Origin: Folioceros fuciformis
Taxonomy: Eukaryota
NCBI GenBank assembly: GCA_049999805.1
Contig: JBNGIO010006320.1
Span: 473,790 to 530,318 of the forward strand
Reading direction: 5' to 3'
Length of the DNA stretch: 56,529 bases
Shown: positions 21,538-38,850 of the stretch, piece by piece
Layout: the number at the start of each line of letters is the position of its first letter
How positions within the stretch are numbered: the stretch's first letter is position 1
Program-made: the position numbers and the translations under genes
The notes under the pieces: model-generated
The model's input: the letters and a program-made list of their open reading frames with translations, nothing else
Database searches by the model: none
What the model was told of the DNA's origin: nothing

Positions 21538-24500
21538 ATGCAGAATCCCAACAGCTCTGTGCCGCAGGCGGAGGCAATTCTGCAATGGCTGCAGCTGGAG
21601 ATGGGTTGCACCTTGTCGCAGGCCCAGAAGACGGGGGCGGGGGACAGGGGGCTGCCGTCCCCGGATGTGCTGCGCAAAATTTGCCGAGGGAACATGATTC
21701 CCGTGTGGAACTTCTTTCTGGACAGGGTGAAGTCGGAGAAGACCGTGGAGAGGGTGCGGAAGAACATCCATGTGCACGGGACGCTGGGGCACATGTCCCA
21801 GCCGCGCCAGGCTGTGGCTGACGACAAGACGCCTGTGCGGCGGAAGGTGCTGGACGGGAAGGCGGGGGAGCGGGTCCTGGGGAGGTCTGGGAGCAACAAG
21901 TGGCTGGATGGTAAGGGGAGAGGGCGGGGCAGAGAGGCGAGCAAGGATGTGAGGGAGGTGAAGTCTGATAGATCTGACGTGGGGNNNNNNNNNNNNNNNN
22001 NNNNNNNNNNNNNNNNNNNNNNNNNNNNNNNNNNNNNNNNNNNNNNNNNNNNNNNNNNNNNNNNNNNNNNNNNNNNNNNNNNNNGAGGGAGGTGGCTCTG
22101 CGGGAAAGGGAGCTTGCGGAGCGGGAGCTGGGGAAGCAGCGGCAGCTGTTGGAGAGGCTGATGAAAGATGCAAAGGCAAGAATGCTGGACTTGACGAGGG
22201 AGGAGACTGACAGGCAGAGAATTTTGGATGACAAGTTCAGCTCCAGGTATGGTTGCCCGGGGGTTTGGGTTTTCTGGTCTGATGGGGGGGGGAGCAGAGT
22301 GGTGAAGGATTTGGAGCACTTAATTCTCGTGTTTGGGTTTGTGGTAGGCATAAGCAGATCTTGCTTGAGGGCTATGATATGCGATGCGAGGAGGTGGTGC
22401 AAATACTGGGAGAGTATCTTCGTCGACTGAATCCTTTTGTGGAGCATGCACTCGAGATGCAGAGGGGCAATGCAGGACTCGCGGACCCAGCCGCGGATTC
22501 TGCGCGTGCATTGCTCGAGCAGGAGGGTGGATATGGGGCAGCAGCGGTGAAGAGTGTCAGGCAGTCAGATGATCACATATTCCTGGAAACTGTGCATGAA
22601 CGGGCCATTAGGAGGGCTTGTGAAGCCATAGCTGCAAATATGCTGGAGAAGATCAGGACTACGGTAACGGCATATGAGGGAGAAGGAAGCCAGGGTGATC
22701 CACTTCCGGATCTCTCTGTAGCAGGGTTTGAGAAGGATTTGGGTCCGGCGCTGGAGCTGTCCAGAGAGGCTTCCATGAGCTTGCTCAAGAGCCCGCAAAC
22801 TCTGCTGAAAGCATTGTCGCAGTACACGGCTCGAGTCGTCAATCTTGTCGACTGCGAAGCTGACAAGTCAGACGTCGGAGCTGATGCAGACCAGTTCAGG
22901 TTCTTTTTGCAATCCATGCAGACTCCACTTTGCTTGCTGCACTCATGAGGGTTTTCACCTCCCGAAGACCAGTCATGGCTAGGAAGTGAAGGAGGTTTGC
23001 GTTATGTTTTGTAGAGATGGGCGTCCGTCGGATGACACTTTGGGTGGGACAGAGGAAAGTATGTTGGCTGTTCCATCTCGCCTGAAGTCTATCTCTAAGA
23101 ATGGGCTTGACTCCACAAGCAGAAGGACAAGCAAGCAGCTCCGAGAAAGGCAGGTGATCAGGATGAAATATACAGCACAGAATTCGTGCCTGGGGACACT
23201 TTGTGGATGTGGTTAATTGAACTGACCAAACCTCTGACCGTTCCCTTCCAGAAAGCTCATGTGCGGCAGTTTATCGCAACCGAGGAGGTGCTGAATAGAC
23301 TGGCTGTAGCAAAGCTAGATTTGGATCTGGCGGTGAAAGAACTGAATACGGTCATCATGGATGGAAATGTTTCTCAGCTACCCAACGGAAAAGATCCTCA
23401 TCACACATCTGTTGACTCGCGGCAATCTGAGGTGACTCCACCATAACATCGGCAACGGCTGTAGAGAAAAGAGCGCAGTACAAACCATGGTGCTGACACT
23501 GGGTTGCTCTCATTCCTGTCCTGTCTACAGATCGAACTTCTGGCGAAAGAGCGGGAGGTTGCTGGTGTGAAGGCAAGTGTCAGCTCGTTGCTTTCTGAGG
23601 TGCAGCGTTTGAAGAAAAAATGTGAAGAACGGACTGAGGCAGAAGAGATCCTACGTCAAAAGTGGAAGAAGATTGAGGAGTTTGATGCACGCCGCTTGGA
23701 ACTGGAGGCAGTGTATTCCTTTTTCATTCGGGCCAACATGGTGAATTCTCGATGTGCTATCCAGGAAGCTTTTCATGTCCATTTTTTGTCATTTCGGTCG
23801 ACCTCTTCTCAGTCGTCCAGTCCATGGCAGGCAGCGTGGGCTTCTTGGGAGCACCATCCGAAATGCGCTCGTGAACAAGCATCAAGCACGATACTTCCAA
23901 TCTGCATGACTCTACAGAGGAAACTTTCTGGAACTCGCGACCTCATCGAGGCTGAAGTGGGACATTTCAAGCGTGTGCCCGAGAGTCGAGTTTGTGCGTT
24001 GCCAGTACATGAGCAAGTATGCCTTAATCTCTGCTGCCTATGGTTTGTTGCGTATTTCAATCCTGGGCCGAGACGTCGTGAGATGCTAGCACTGTTGATG
24101 TTTCATCCAGCATTTTTCATGAATCCTGAGGTTTATGTGGCAGGCTCTATCGGACTACATGAGAGCAACTGGTGTCGGAGGGATCGAAGCAGCTGAAGCA
24201 GGGCAGAAAAGTGCTGCTCTTCTTGCGGCCCGAGTTGGCGCTGGAGATCCATCTGCAATACCATCGATCTGTCGGATTTCAGCAGCCCTCCGGACGTTTG
24301 CAGGTATAACTTCGCATGCCTCTACTGTTCCAACTTCCCGGGGCTCTCCGGCAGATTAATGTTGAGAGTTGAATGTAGGCTCCGAGGTCTCAGATGCAGG
24401 TCTCGCGACCGTGGTGGAGTCGGTGCGAGTGTTTCTCACTGCAGGTGCGCATTCAGCCAATCTCTTGGAAGACCTTGCCCGGTCCGTTTTCCGGGTGCAG

Positions 24501-25000
24501 ATGCTGCAAGACATTGCGAGCAACGGGCGAGCTGTGCTGGCATCGGCAAACTCCACCAAGCCAGAGTACGAGAGGTCCGTTGCTACCCTCGGTCATGTGG
24601 GAACGTGTTGCTACTAGTACTCTTGTTCCAGGTGTCTGGAATCTCATTGCCTTGTATGTCAGCAGGACGTCGGCTGCATGCATTGCAACATCTCGAAAGC
24701 AGGACAAAACAACTGCAGAGTGGCTAGCCGAGCTCAAGACTGCGGTGCAGGACGCCCTATCGTCCCTCAACGACTGCAAGCAAGTCAGGGCACTGGTGAG
24801 TTCCTTTATCCAGCACGTCTCCATCTTCCACCTTTATGGAAAACTGATCGGTGCTCTCGACCTTACAGGTTGATGAATGGTGGGAGCAACCTGCCTCCAC
24901 TGCCGTGGACTGGGTCACTGTTGATGGCCAGAATATTGTTTCATGGCTTGCTCATGTCAAGCAACTGCAGACTGCATTTTACGAAAAACAGCTTTCTTAG
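21538..25000 (+). CDS. AUG5: AUGMIN subunit 5 (HAUS5), multi-exon, interrupted by an N gap at 21985-22084
   Basis: N-terminal [13 protein letters not shown] and [68 protein letters not shown]-terminal [20 protein letters not shown] ending in TAG at 24998-25000. Confidence 0.9.
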
Positions 25001-25044
25001 ATAATCTCTTGGGCACGCCATTGTGCCGTGTACAATACTCGCAG

Positions 25045-26417
25045 TTACAATGGGCACATCTTCCGCAGGGGTTGGACTTCCAGTTGCTGCTGCTGCTTTC
25101 GCCTCCACAGGTCCTCAAGGTTGTAATATTTTCGGGCGTCCTCCTCGAAAATGTGCACCACAATGCTCCCTGGTAAGATTTGCGTAGGCATTAATGTAAG
25201 AGGCATCACGGACGTCGAACGAAAACATCAGACTCACATGAGCCAGGGGAGGAGAGGCAGAGTACCGCAGTCCACAACCATCCACCTTTCACTGTCGCGT
25301 CCTTCCACAGTTGGGTAAAGGTTCGAACTAACGTTTAAGGAACGACGCTTCACCTGCATCATCGGGTGAACATGGGTCAAGGGTTTAAGCTGCGAGGGAA
25401 GCTTACTTCAGAACGAAACAGAACCAGCGTACCTGATATACAAGCGCATCGGCAATCCCACGGAGATGCTTGTCCGACCGTCCAGTAACGAAGACCAAGT
25501 GATCGGCCCACTCGCACAGCTCGCGCACCGACAAGACTTCAACGTCCTTGGCTCTCAGCTTCTCCATGATGTGAAGTATTTCGTCTACCGTCAGAATGTG
25601 GAGATACCGACGACCATCAGGATCGGAGCGCGGTTCCGTCAGCTCCAATTCCTGCATAGATCCTGCAACCAATTAGGCAGGCAGGCAGGTAAGGAGGCAT
25701 CCGGCGTCCAGAATTCAATCTTTCTCCTTTGCAATTGTTACTCGAGGCTGCAGAAGGAGAATTACTTACCGCTTGCTCGGCATTTTCTTGGGCTAACTGA
25801 AAGCTGTAGGAGAACGTCTCGGCCTTGGGACGCTTCTCCCATTGCACACTCGTGGCATAGGTGGTCAAGACAGGGGGCGCCTCATCCACGGCACTGCCAT
25901 CTTCAATATCGTCATCGGAACAACTGAACACATCGACGTACTCCATCTCACCATCTTGGATTTCATCCGGAAAATCCATCTTAGCTTCGGCTTTCTCGGA
26001 GGCATCACTTTCGGCGAAACCCAGGCTTTCACCTGGTGCAGCATCAGACTCGCTGTCCAATCCTGGATCCGCCTCTCCCACAATCTCCGGAGTGGCATCA
26101 ACTACACTCTCCTCTGAGCTCCGCGCAGTGTCACTAAACGCAGAGCTAGGCATCAAATTCCATCTTGGACTAGGCAATTTGGCCTTGCCAGCCTTCAGCT
26201 GCCATCTTTCTCCCCAGGTGTCACAGACCCTTCTGCCAGCGAAATCCCGCAGCCGAGGATGCTTGGCAGCTACTGTGGGTTCAAACATCCGGGCATTATC
26301 CTCTAACCAAGGAGAGTCCTGACCAAAAATCGCTGCCGCAAAAGAAGAAAAACGGACACGACAACGTAAGCGATCCAAGCCTGATTTATCGAGATACCGC
26401 ATGCACGGAGGAGGCAT
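25045..26417 (-). CDS. Iojap/RsfS ribosomal silencing factor, organellar (likely mitochondrial), with long acidic N-terminal extension; start approximate
   Basis: Spliced RsfS domain: LTVDEI...AKDVEVLSV...WADHLVFVTGRSDKHLRGIADAL, then EGRDSERWMVVDCG, then SIVVHIFEEDARKYYNLEDLW; stop TAA at 25047-25045. Confidence 0.85.
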
Positions 26418-26531
26418 GGCGAGAAAGCCAAATGCTCTCCCAGAAAACACGAAAGATGCTGCCCTGGTGCTTAAACCCTTAGAAATATATACCCGAGGCC
26501 GAAGCCCTAGCCCTTGAATAGAGGAACAAAT

Positions 26532-29500
26532 ATGCACCTTCGCCTCCACTGGAAATCAAGTCGAACAGCGATTTCACGAACCGCGTGGCTTGCTGCATTT
26601 TCAGCCTGGCCGTCTCATTTTGCTGTGCAGCAGGTCGGCATGGGGGAAGCGCCTGAACAGGACGCCCGTGCTGCAAACGGAAAGGTTTCTGACATCAAGT
26701 CTCAAGCGAATGGAACTGCTGCACCTACTGAGGCTGCATCTACAGCTCCGGACCTGAACGACTACAAGATTCTACGCGAAGGCGAGGCGGATATATTGCT
26801 GCGTGGCAATGACGTCTTCTACAACAAGGCGCAGGTAGACTTTGCTGGCCAGAGTGGAAATTTGGATGCAAGCCGTCAGGTGCCAATTACCGTCTGATAG
26901 GGATAGCACACGTTCTGGTCCACCTCCAGATCGTGAACAGGGACTTGTCGATTGCGGTGTTGCGAACTTTTGTGGCCGTGCGTGAAGAGGAGCAAAAGGC
27001 CAGTTTCAGTAAGCGTGGAGGAAGCAATCAGAAGCTTCGGGCCCAGCCTGTGAACGATGAGGGGTTTAAAGCAGAGAGTACGAGTGCAGTCGAAGCTTCG
27101 GAAGGTGGACCTGCCCCGGGGAAACGCGACTCGGTGCCTTCAGTGAAGCCGATTCGTGTTTTAGAGGTGTGAATTTTGCCTGTTCAGCAATTTGAGATTA
27201 GACGCGTAGCAGGGGTTGTCAGCCCGGAGCTGTGGCGTTTGTTTTTTCATGGAACGGAAGCCTTTGCCTTGAACTGGTTGCTGCAAGTGGTCTAGTATGT
27301 CTGGAAGTAGTTTTTCACTTGCGTGTTTGAGCTCGCGTACCATCTCTAAAATCTTTGCAGGCTCTGGCAGCTTCGGGCCTGCGGGCACTGAGATATGCAC
27401 GTGAGGTCCAAGGAGTGGGAAGTGTCGTGGCACTTGATAATGACCCTGGTAGGACCATTTCTAGACACACTCCTCATCCGTTGCAGAAAAGCTCAGTCGG
27501 GCTGTCTGATCCTCTTGTTTCAGCGCATCTGAGATTAGACTCCTGGAGATTTAATTCATTGGTTCTGTTGCTGCAGTTGCGGTTGAAGTATGCAAGAGGA
27601 ATATTCGGTTGAATGGTTCTGCTGTTTCAAGCAAGGTACATGCTGAACTAGCAGATGCGAGGCTGCACATGCTAAGCAACGAGAAGAGCTTTGATGCGGT
27701 CAGTATCTGGAACAATTCTCGTCGTTTTCACCCCTCGTTTCCTGCCATACCAGGTAGTTCAGTGGCTTATCCGTCGCGCTGAACCATCGAATTGTAATCT
27801 GATAACAGGTGGATCTCGATCCATATGGGTCACCATCTGTCTTTTTGGACTCAGCAGTCCAGTCCGTTAGTGATGGTGGGCTGCTCCTCTGCACTGCCAC
27901 AGATATGGCAGTGCTCTGTGGTAACAATGGGGAAGTGTGTTACAGCAAGTGAGTATGCACCTCACCAAGTACATTTCCAAGATGAAGCTTTGCAAGAGCA
28001 TCCCCCGTATTCCGGGGACCTATTGTTCTTGCTGCACCACAGTCGTGTCATCCCTACAGCGAGAATGCCCCATTGTCTGGTCTGACTTTTGTGTTCCAAT
28101 TGCAGGTATGGTTCCTACCCCCTACGAGGGAAGTACTGCCATGAGATGGCTCTCCGAATACTACTAGCTTCCATTGAGGTACACCTCAAAGAAAGCATTG
28201 TGCGTTTGGTGCCTTTGAATGCCTAAGCTTTTTGATTGGTAGGTTCTTTCTTTCTGACAACCCACTCGATGCAGAGCCATGCGAATCGATATAAGCGCCA
28301 CATTGTACCTGTGCTTTCAGTCTCCATTGACTTCTATGTCAGAGTCTTTGTACGGATATACACGTAAGTGTGTCAAGGCCATCTTGAGGTTTATAATGTT
28401 GTAGGAATCATGTGTTGGGATGTCTTTCACTAGTTTACATGTGCAGTTCAGCCATTGCAATCAAGGCCAGCCCGAGCAAACTGTCTTATGTCTATCAATG
28501 TGTGGGGTGTGACGCCTTTCATGCTCAACCTGTTGGTCGCATTAGCTGCAAGGTCTGTGGAGCTGCGTCCTATTCTGTGACCTTTTGTTAGCATGTGGGT
28601 TTCTAATCTCAGTCCGGAAGCAGTCTGGTTGAATTGCAGATGTTCTTAGGGGTAGCTTTGCTGTGAGGTCGTAGAAACCACACCTGTTTAGGCTCTCAAG
28701 TTTTACGTGATTTGGGCTCCAGAATAATAGTGTTCGTTACATGCCTGGGAATGGACCCACAATTCTGCCCGAATGTAAGCATTGTGGAAAGCACTTCAAT
28801 ATGGGTGGTCCTCTGTGGATGGCGCCAATTCACGATGAATCCTGGGTACTGTCAACACTTGAGAGGACAAAGGAGTTGAAGCGTAGATATCCTGCATTTG
28901 ATAAAGTGCACAGCATTCTGACAGCAGTTTCAGAGGTGAGTTGTTTATGTCCAGCTCTCTGTCGAAATTACCATTCTGAGGGAAAGCAGTGGGTTGTCTC
29001 TTGGTAACGTTTGACCACTACTCCCCAGGAGCTTATGGATGTGCCATTATTTCTTAGCATGCACTCGCTGTGTGCTACCTTGAAGTGCACGTCTCCTTCT
29101 GCAGCCATGTTACGGTCTGCAGTTGCGAATGCTGGTTACCGCATTTCAGGATCTCATGCAAATCCATTAGGCCTCAAGACAGATGCACCTTTTGAGGTGA
29201 TCTGGGATATAATGCGTTGTTGGGTATGGATCAACGGGCTAGTCTTTTTGTTTATTTGTGTCTTGCTCTCGGTCTTCATATGCTTTATGATTGCTGTGCT
29301 TGCTACTGATTTGTAAGGGACATCATGGCCTGTGCATGTGCAGGTCAAGGATCATCCGGTGAAGGCCCAGCCTGCAGACACACCAGGAAGCGTCATCCTC
29401 AGCAAGGAACCTGAGCTGAACGTGAGTGTCCTGACCTCTGAGCCATCTTCACATTTTTGCAGGTGTAAGATCGATCGGAACTGAAAGTCTGGCTATGAAA

Positions 29501-29739
29501 CGTAGGCCAATTTTACTCGGGTAAATGCTGCGCTAAGCAAGGCTTTATCAGCGGGAGTTCCACGGTTCTTGCCCAACCCCGAGGAATTTTGGGGACCGAA
29601 GCCCAGAGCAGGTCGGCATCTCACCGATAAGCACATTGGCTCTCTTGGGAGGGACGCTGTCGAGGGGTCCAACAAAGCTCTTGGAAGCAGCGAGAATGAA
29701 GGGCCATCTGTGAAACGCCAGAAAGTAGCGGATGTGTAG
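26532..29739 (+). CDS. TRM1: tRNA (guanine-26 N2,N2)-dimethyltransferase, multi-exon
   Basis: [59 protein letters not shown], CxxC...[23 protein letters not shown]; stop TAG at 29737-29739. Confidence 0.93.
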
Positions 29740-29901
29740 GAAGACAGCGCAGTGAGAAGCTGCATACAAATCAAACCAGCTGTGCATTCATTTTCGTCCA
29801 CTCACCAGGCAGTCCAAATTTTGCCATTCAATAATTCTTCAGGCCAGTGTGACATGCAAGCTGCTTAGCCGATGCCCCAGCCGAAAGTGGCTCTGGGACA
29901 T

Positions 29902-30396
29902 CTAAGCCATCCTGATGGGTTGCCAGGTACCCTTGTCCCCGTTTGTCGGACCTCCAACGATGGTAACATGCTCGTCGCCACCTACGTAGAACCCTTTGAG
30001 CGAGATGGGGCGCGTGGGAGTCACAAGCGCCTTGACAACTGCCGGCGCCAGAGTTGTAACACCAGCCGAGATGGCTTCTGGAACGACAGAAGAGGCCACA
30101 AGGGGAGACAGGGCCGCAGCAGCTGAACCAGCTGCAGGAATAGCAGCCAAGCCCGCTGTCACACCCGACGCAATAGCCAAGCCGATGGGTACAGCAATCG
30201 ATAAAACAGCTTCGGTGTGCGTAGGCTCGTTGCTGCCGTCGTACGGGAAGATATCGATGGAGAACCAGACACGACCGGTGTTCCGGATAGCATCCTCGCC
30301 CGGTTGAAGCACCCCCCAGTAGAGCGGCCCGACTTGCGAGATGACGAAGACCAAAGGAATTTCAGTGCGATTGTGGAACGAGATGCTGCCCCCCAT
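29902..30396 (-). CDS. Intronless 164-aa protein of unknown function: beta-rich ends flanking a central hydrophobic Ala/Gly/Val segment
   Basis: ATG in good context (AAGATGG), clean ORF with protein-like composition; motif NRTEIPL...SQVGPLYW...QPGE...TGRVWF. Confidence 0.65.
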   Translation of the reverse strand: MGGSISFHNRTEIPLVFVISQVGPLYWGVLQPGEDAIRNTGRVWFSIDIFPYDGSNEPTHTEAVLSIAVPIGLAIASGVTAGLAAIPAAGSAAAALSPLVASSVVPEAISAGVTTLAPAVVKALVTPTRPISLKGFYVGGDEHVTIVGGPTNGDKGTWQPIRMA

Positions 30397-30859
30397 CTTG
30401 GATCGCTGTTAGGTGACACACATTCGAGAAAGCATGAGTCCAAGACAGCACCTAGCGGGAGGTCCCGAAATGGATAGGCTCTCCCAGCCTTTGACTGCAG
30501 TACAGACACACAACCCTAACCTCACGAAGTAGCACTTGGCAAATTGAAATTCGACTCTAGAGCCAAGCAGCGGCAGCAAGAGGCCTTGGTCAGACGAAGG
30601 ACCAACGACAACGAATACTGAACAGTTAATCAGTTGGCATCTGCCATGCATGGCGGACCAGAGGACAAGGGTAGGGCGGACAGGAGGAAAATCGCAACAG
30701 CCATCAGCTATGACTTGACACCTGCCTCCGGTAGCCACATATTAGGATGACGTAGATGTCGCGTCTTTCATGTTCTGGGTCCACAGGACGCGGGAAGACG
30801 CGGGGGGACGCGGAAACACACTCGTATCACTACAGAAAGAGGGGAGGGCCTTCGTTTCT

Positions 30860-32060
30860 TGTAGACATGCCCAACCTAGGTTATTGAACCAATGTTAAAG
30901 GAGTAATTTCGGCACCTTCGTTTCCAGATACCGCCGACTCACAAACTGCCTGTCTTCGTTCTACACACGCGTCCGCAACCTCTTCCTCCCGCCGCAACCC
31001 CACCTACCCACCGCGATAGAGCGTTGATCTAAGCGTGGAAGCTATCGTGGGATTGGAGCGAGGGGGAGAGGTTGCGAGTCTCCATGAGGTTTGTGACGTA
31101 GTGGTTACTGAGAGGTGCAACGAGAGCGGCACATCGGTCAAAGGTCGGAGAGGTAGGGCTACGACCAGGAGGAAAGGAAAGCAGTGGCTCCGAAAACAAG
31201 TGCAGGCGGATAAACATCCGCCACCACAAGGGAGGGGAAAAGGATCATCAAAGGGGAGGCGGAGTCGAGTCTTCTGAGGAGGAGCGCGGGAAGTTAAGAA
31301 AAGATATCCTCCTCAGACACAATAATGTTTCCGGAGGAGAGGAGAAGAGGGAGGAGCCGTCATGGAAGACATGCTGCAGTGACACCGAGCGGTAGGCATG
31401 AGGCTGCAGGAGGTCGCACACTGATTTAATACTAATTAACTATCAATGCTGGACCTACATCAGTTTTATTTTCTCTCTTCTATTTTTGTGTATATTTGTG
31501 AGGTTTCTTTAAACCTAACTACATAAGTACCGCCCCCTTCGTTGCGCAGGGTAAAAGGAAGCAACGGCCTCGAATCTCGTCTAAACACTCCGTAGCGCTC
31601 CACTTACAATTCACTCACTTCCTCTCACACGACTCAGTACTAGGCTCCAGGTAGCCCGCCGTCCACTGACGACTCGCAAACCACCTCCTCTAGGTGCTGC
31701 TCTTTATTCCATATACTTACAAAGAGTCTGGCGATCTACGCCCCACTGGCTACTGCCCTCGACTCTATCTGACAAGCTTACTCTTCAAGCCCTCCACAGC
31801 TATGCCTCAAGGCTAGACTTCTCACTGTCTGCCTCTTTGTGTATCAGTATATCACAATATATTTTTAAGACCCTAACACTGGCCTATTTATACTCCACAG
31901 CTAAGCCACTGCTAAAACTGGGAATGATACACACCACTTATCCTAGAATACTAATGGTCATTACAACTCCATCCTTCTTAGGAGGTTTTGCCTGGAACAC
32001 ACATTTGTTTCCCAAAGGCAACAAGAAGCATACTTGCTTCTTTATCAAGACACTCTAGAT
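30860..32060 (-). mobile_element. Probable LTR-retrotransposon remnant: LTR 30860-31523 plus adjacent polypurine tract; right boundary approximate
   Basis: TGTAG at 30860 and CTACA at 31523 form inverted termini. On the minus strand a purine tract GAAGGGGGCGG lies just before the TGTAG end. No coding homology recognised. Confidence 0.35.
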
Positions 32061-32893
32061 TTAACTTTCACCTTTCTACTTTTAACTTTCACCTTGTTTC
32101 ACTTATGCCACCTTATGCCATTACTCTATATCTGGTTATGGATAAGTTATTTGTTTATTTATTTTATAATAATATAATATATTTTTCCTCAAAAAAGATA
32201 AATATATCATATAATTATTTTTAATTCGTTTTTATAATCATACATGCTCCTTCTCCGTCTAGACATTCTTTTCTTCAAATGGTGCTTGATAATAGTTAAG
32301 CGTTTGATGGAGATGCCATGTTCACATAACAATTTGGCATGCTGATATAGTTAAAGTTGGTGTTGCTTAGTTGGTGAATTTGCTCATTTACTCAGACTTT
32401 AAGATCTCTCATATTTACCAAAAAAAATCCTGAAAGTGATGTATCTTTCGCTCCAATATCATGTAGTGATGTATTATGGTATGCTATTGTAGATTCATGT
32501 AGGGATCTTTCACTAGCATTTTTGAGCAAAACATATACATATGTATATGCGCGAAGTCTATACCCATCTACCCAAAAGAGGTGAGACAAACCACAAAAGA
32601 TAACAAAGCCGCTAAGTGAAAGTATTGGACATGTAGCTTAATAAGAAAGGAGAACTACCAAGTGCCATACAACAACATTTTCTTCTCATCTTTCAAGGGT
32701 TCTGGAACCGCTGGGCTATTAACACAATGAGAGGGAGGAACCAAATCGCATTGCTTTTCAAATCAGCGAAATATACGATTACTGAACACTGACCCAGTCA
32801 CACACAAAGGAAACTCTTCAAGATGCAGATTGGTAATGAAGAAGGATTCTATAGTGTCGCTGGGAACCGCAGCCGGGGACATCCAAACCCGGC

Positions 32894-37364
<4,471 letters not shown>

Positions 37365-37712
37365 AGGAAATAACAATTCAAATACGAATGGTGTTGTTCG
37401 ACATATTTTCACTGTCAGAAATTCCTGGTTTTCTAAGCATGTCTTGTCTATCTTATCTATCGAAGAAAGTGCCTGACGAAAAAAACAAAATCGTGTAGGG
37501 GACTAGTAACCTTTTGGCGGAGGAGTGAATTAAGTAATCAAAGCTTTTTTTATCATTATTTTATTTTATTTATTTGATTAAAAAACCATATTAGCATGGA
37601 CACGTGGAGGACAATGCATGCAACTATCTTAGCATGGAGATTTCAAGGAGAATGTATGGTAGTTATAACTGAATATAGTTGTTTAACCTTTTGGTTTATT
37701 CTCTTTCCTCCT

Positions 37713-38850
37713 GCAGTTGTGGGCGCGCCATGAAACAACTCTTGTATTCATCTCTTGCAGTTATGGAGGTGCCATTAGACAACTCTGGCACTCATCTCTT
37801 TTAGTTGTGGGGGCGCCATTTCTGAGGGGGTGCTATTAGACAACTTCATTTCTGGGGCGCTATTAGACAACTCTGGTACTCATCTCTTGCAATTATGGAG
37901 ATGCCATTAGACAACTCTGGCACTCATCTCTTGCAATTATGGAGATGCCATTAGACAACTCTGGCACTCATCTCTTGCAGTTGTGGGGGCGCCATCTGTG
38001 GGGGCGCTGTTAGACAACTCTGGTACTCATCTCTTGCAGTTGTGGAGGTGACATTAGACAAACTTTGATATGACATTAGACAAACTTTGATACTCTATCT
38101 CTTGCAATTGTGGGGGTGCCATTAGACAACTCTCGTACTCATCTTTTGCAATTGTGGGGGCGCCATTAGACAACTCTTGTACTCTATCTCTTGCAGTTGT
38201 GGAGATGCCATTAGACAACTCTCGTACTCATCTTTTGCAGTTGTGGGGGCGCCATTAGACAACTTTGGTANNNNNNNNNNNNNNNNNNNNNNNNNNNNNN
38301 NNNNNNNNNNNNNNNNNNNNNNNNNNNNNNNNNNNNNNNNNNNNNNNNNNNNNNNNNNNNNNNNNNNNNNGTACTCATCTTTTGCAGTTGTGGGGGCGCC
38401 ATTAGACAACTTTGGTATTCTATCTCTTGCAGTTGTGGAGATGCCATTAGACAACTCTCGTACTCATCTTTTGCAGTTGTGGGGGCGCCATTAGACAACT
38501 TTGGTACTCTATCTCTTGCAGTTGTGGAGATGCCATTAGACAACTCTCGTACTCATCTTTTGCAGTTGTGGGGGCGCCATTAGACAACTCTAGTACTCTA
38601 TCTCTTGCAGTTTGTGGAGATGCCATTAGACAACTTTGGTACACATCTCTTGCAGTTGTGGNNNNNNNNNNTGGAGATGCCATTAGACAACTTTGGTACA
38701 CATCTCTTGCAGTTGTGGAGGTGCTATTAGACAACTCTGGTACTCATCTCTTGCAGTTGTGAGAGCGCCATTAGACAACTCTGGTACTCATCTTGCCTAT
38801 TGCCTGGTTAGACAACTCTGGTACTCATCTTGCCTATTGCCTGGTTGCTG
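37713..38850. repeat. Minisatellite with about 44-45 bp unit (GCCATTAGACAACTCTGGTACTCATCTCTTGCAGTTGTGGAGRT) and 89-bp dimeric higher-order repeat; contains N gaps
   Basis: About 20 copies of GCCATTAGACAACT...TGCAGTTGTGG are directly visible. The near-identical track ORFs 38122-38454 and 38211-38543 are offset by 89 bp. Confidence 0.95.

Noticed and set aside
21141-22447. Long ORFs spanning N gaps and apparent frameshifts in AUG5 and the LRR-RLK
   Set aside because: Artefacts of fixed 100-N gaps of unknown true length, not evidence of pseudogenes.
30828-30866. CACTA transposon termini (CACTACAGAAA ... TTTCTTGTAG)
   Set aside because: Only about 40 bp apart, the right end does not finish in TAGTG, and there is no transposase.
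37713-38850. CRISPR-like array of palindromic ~44-bp units
   Set aside because: No unique spacers, whole units are repeated, there are no cas genes, and the context is eukaryotic.
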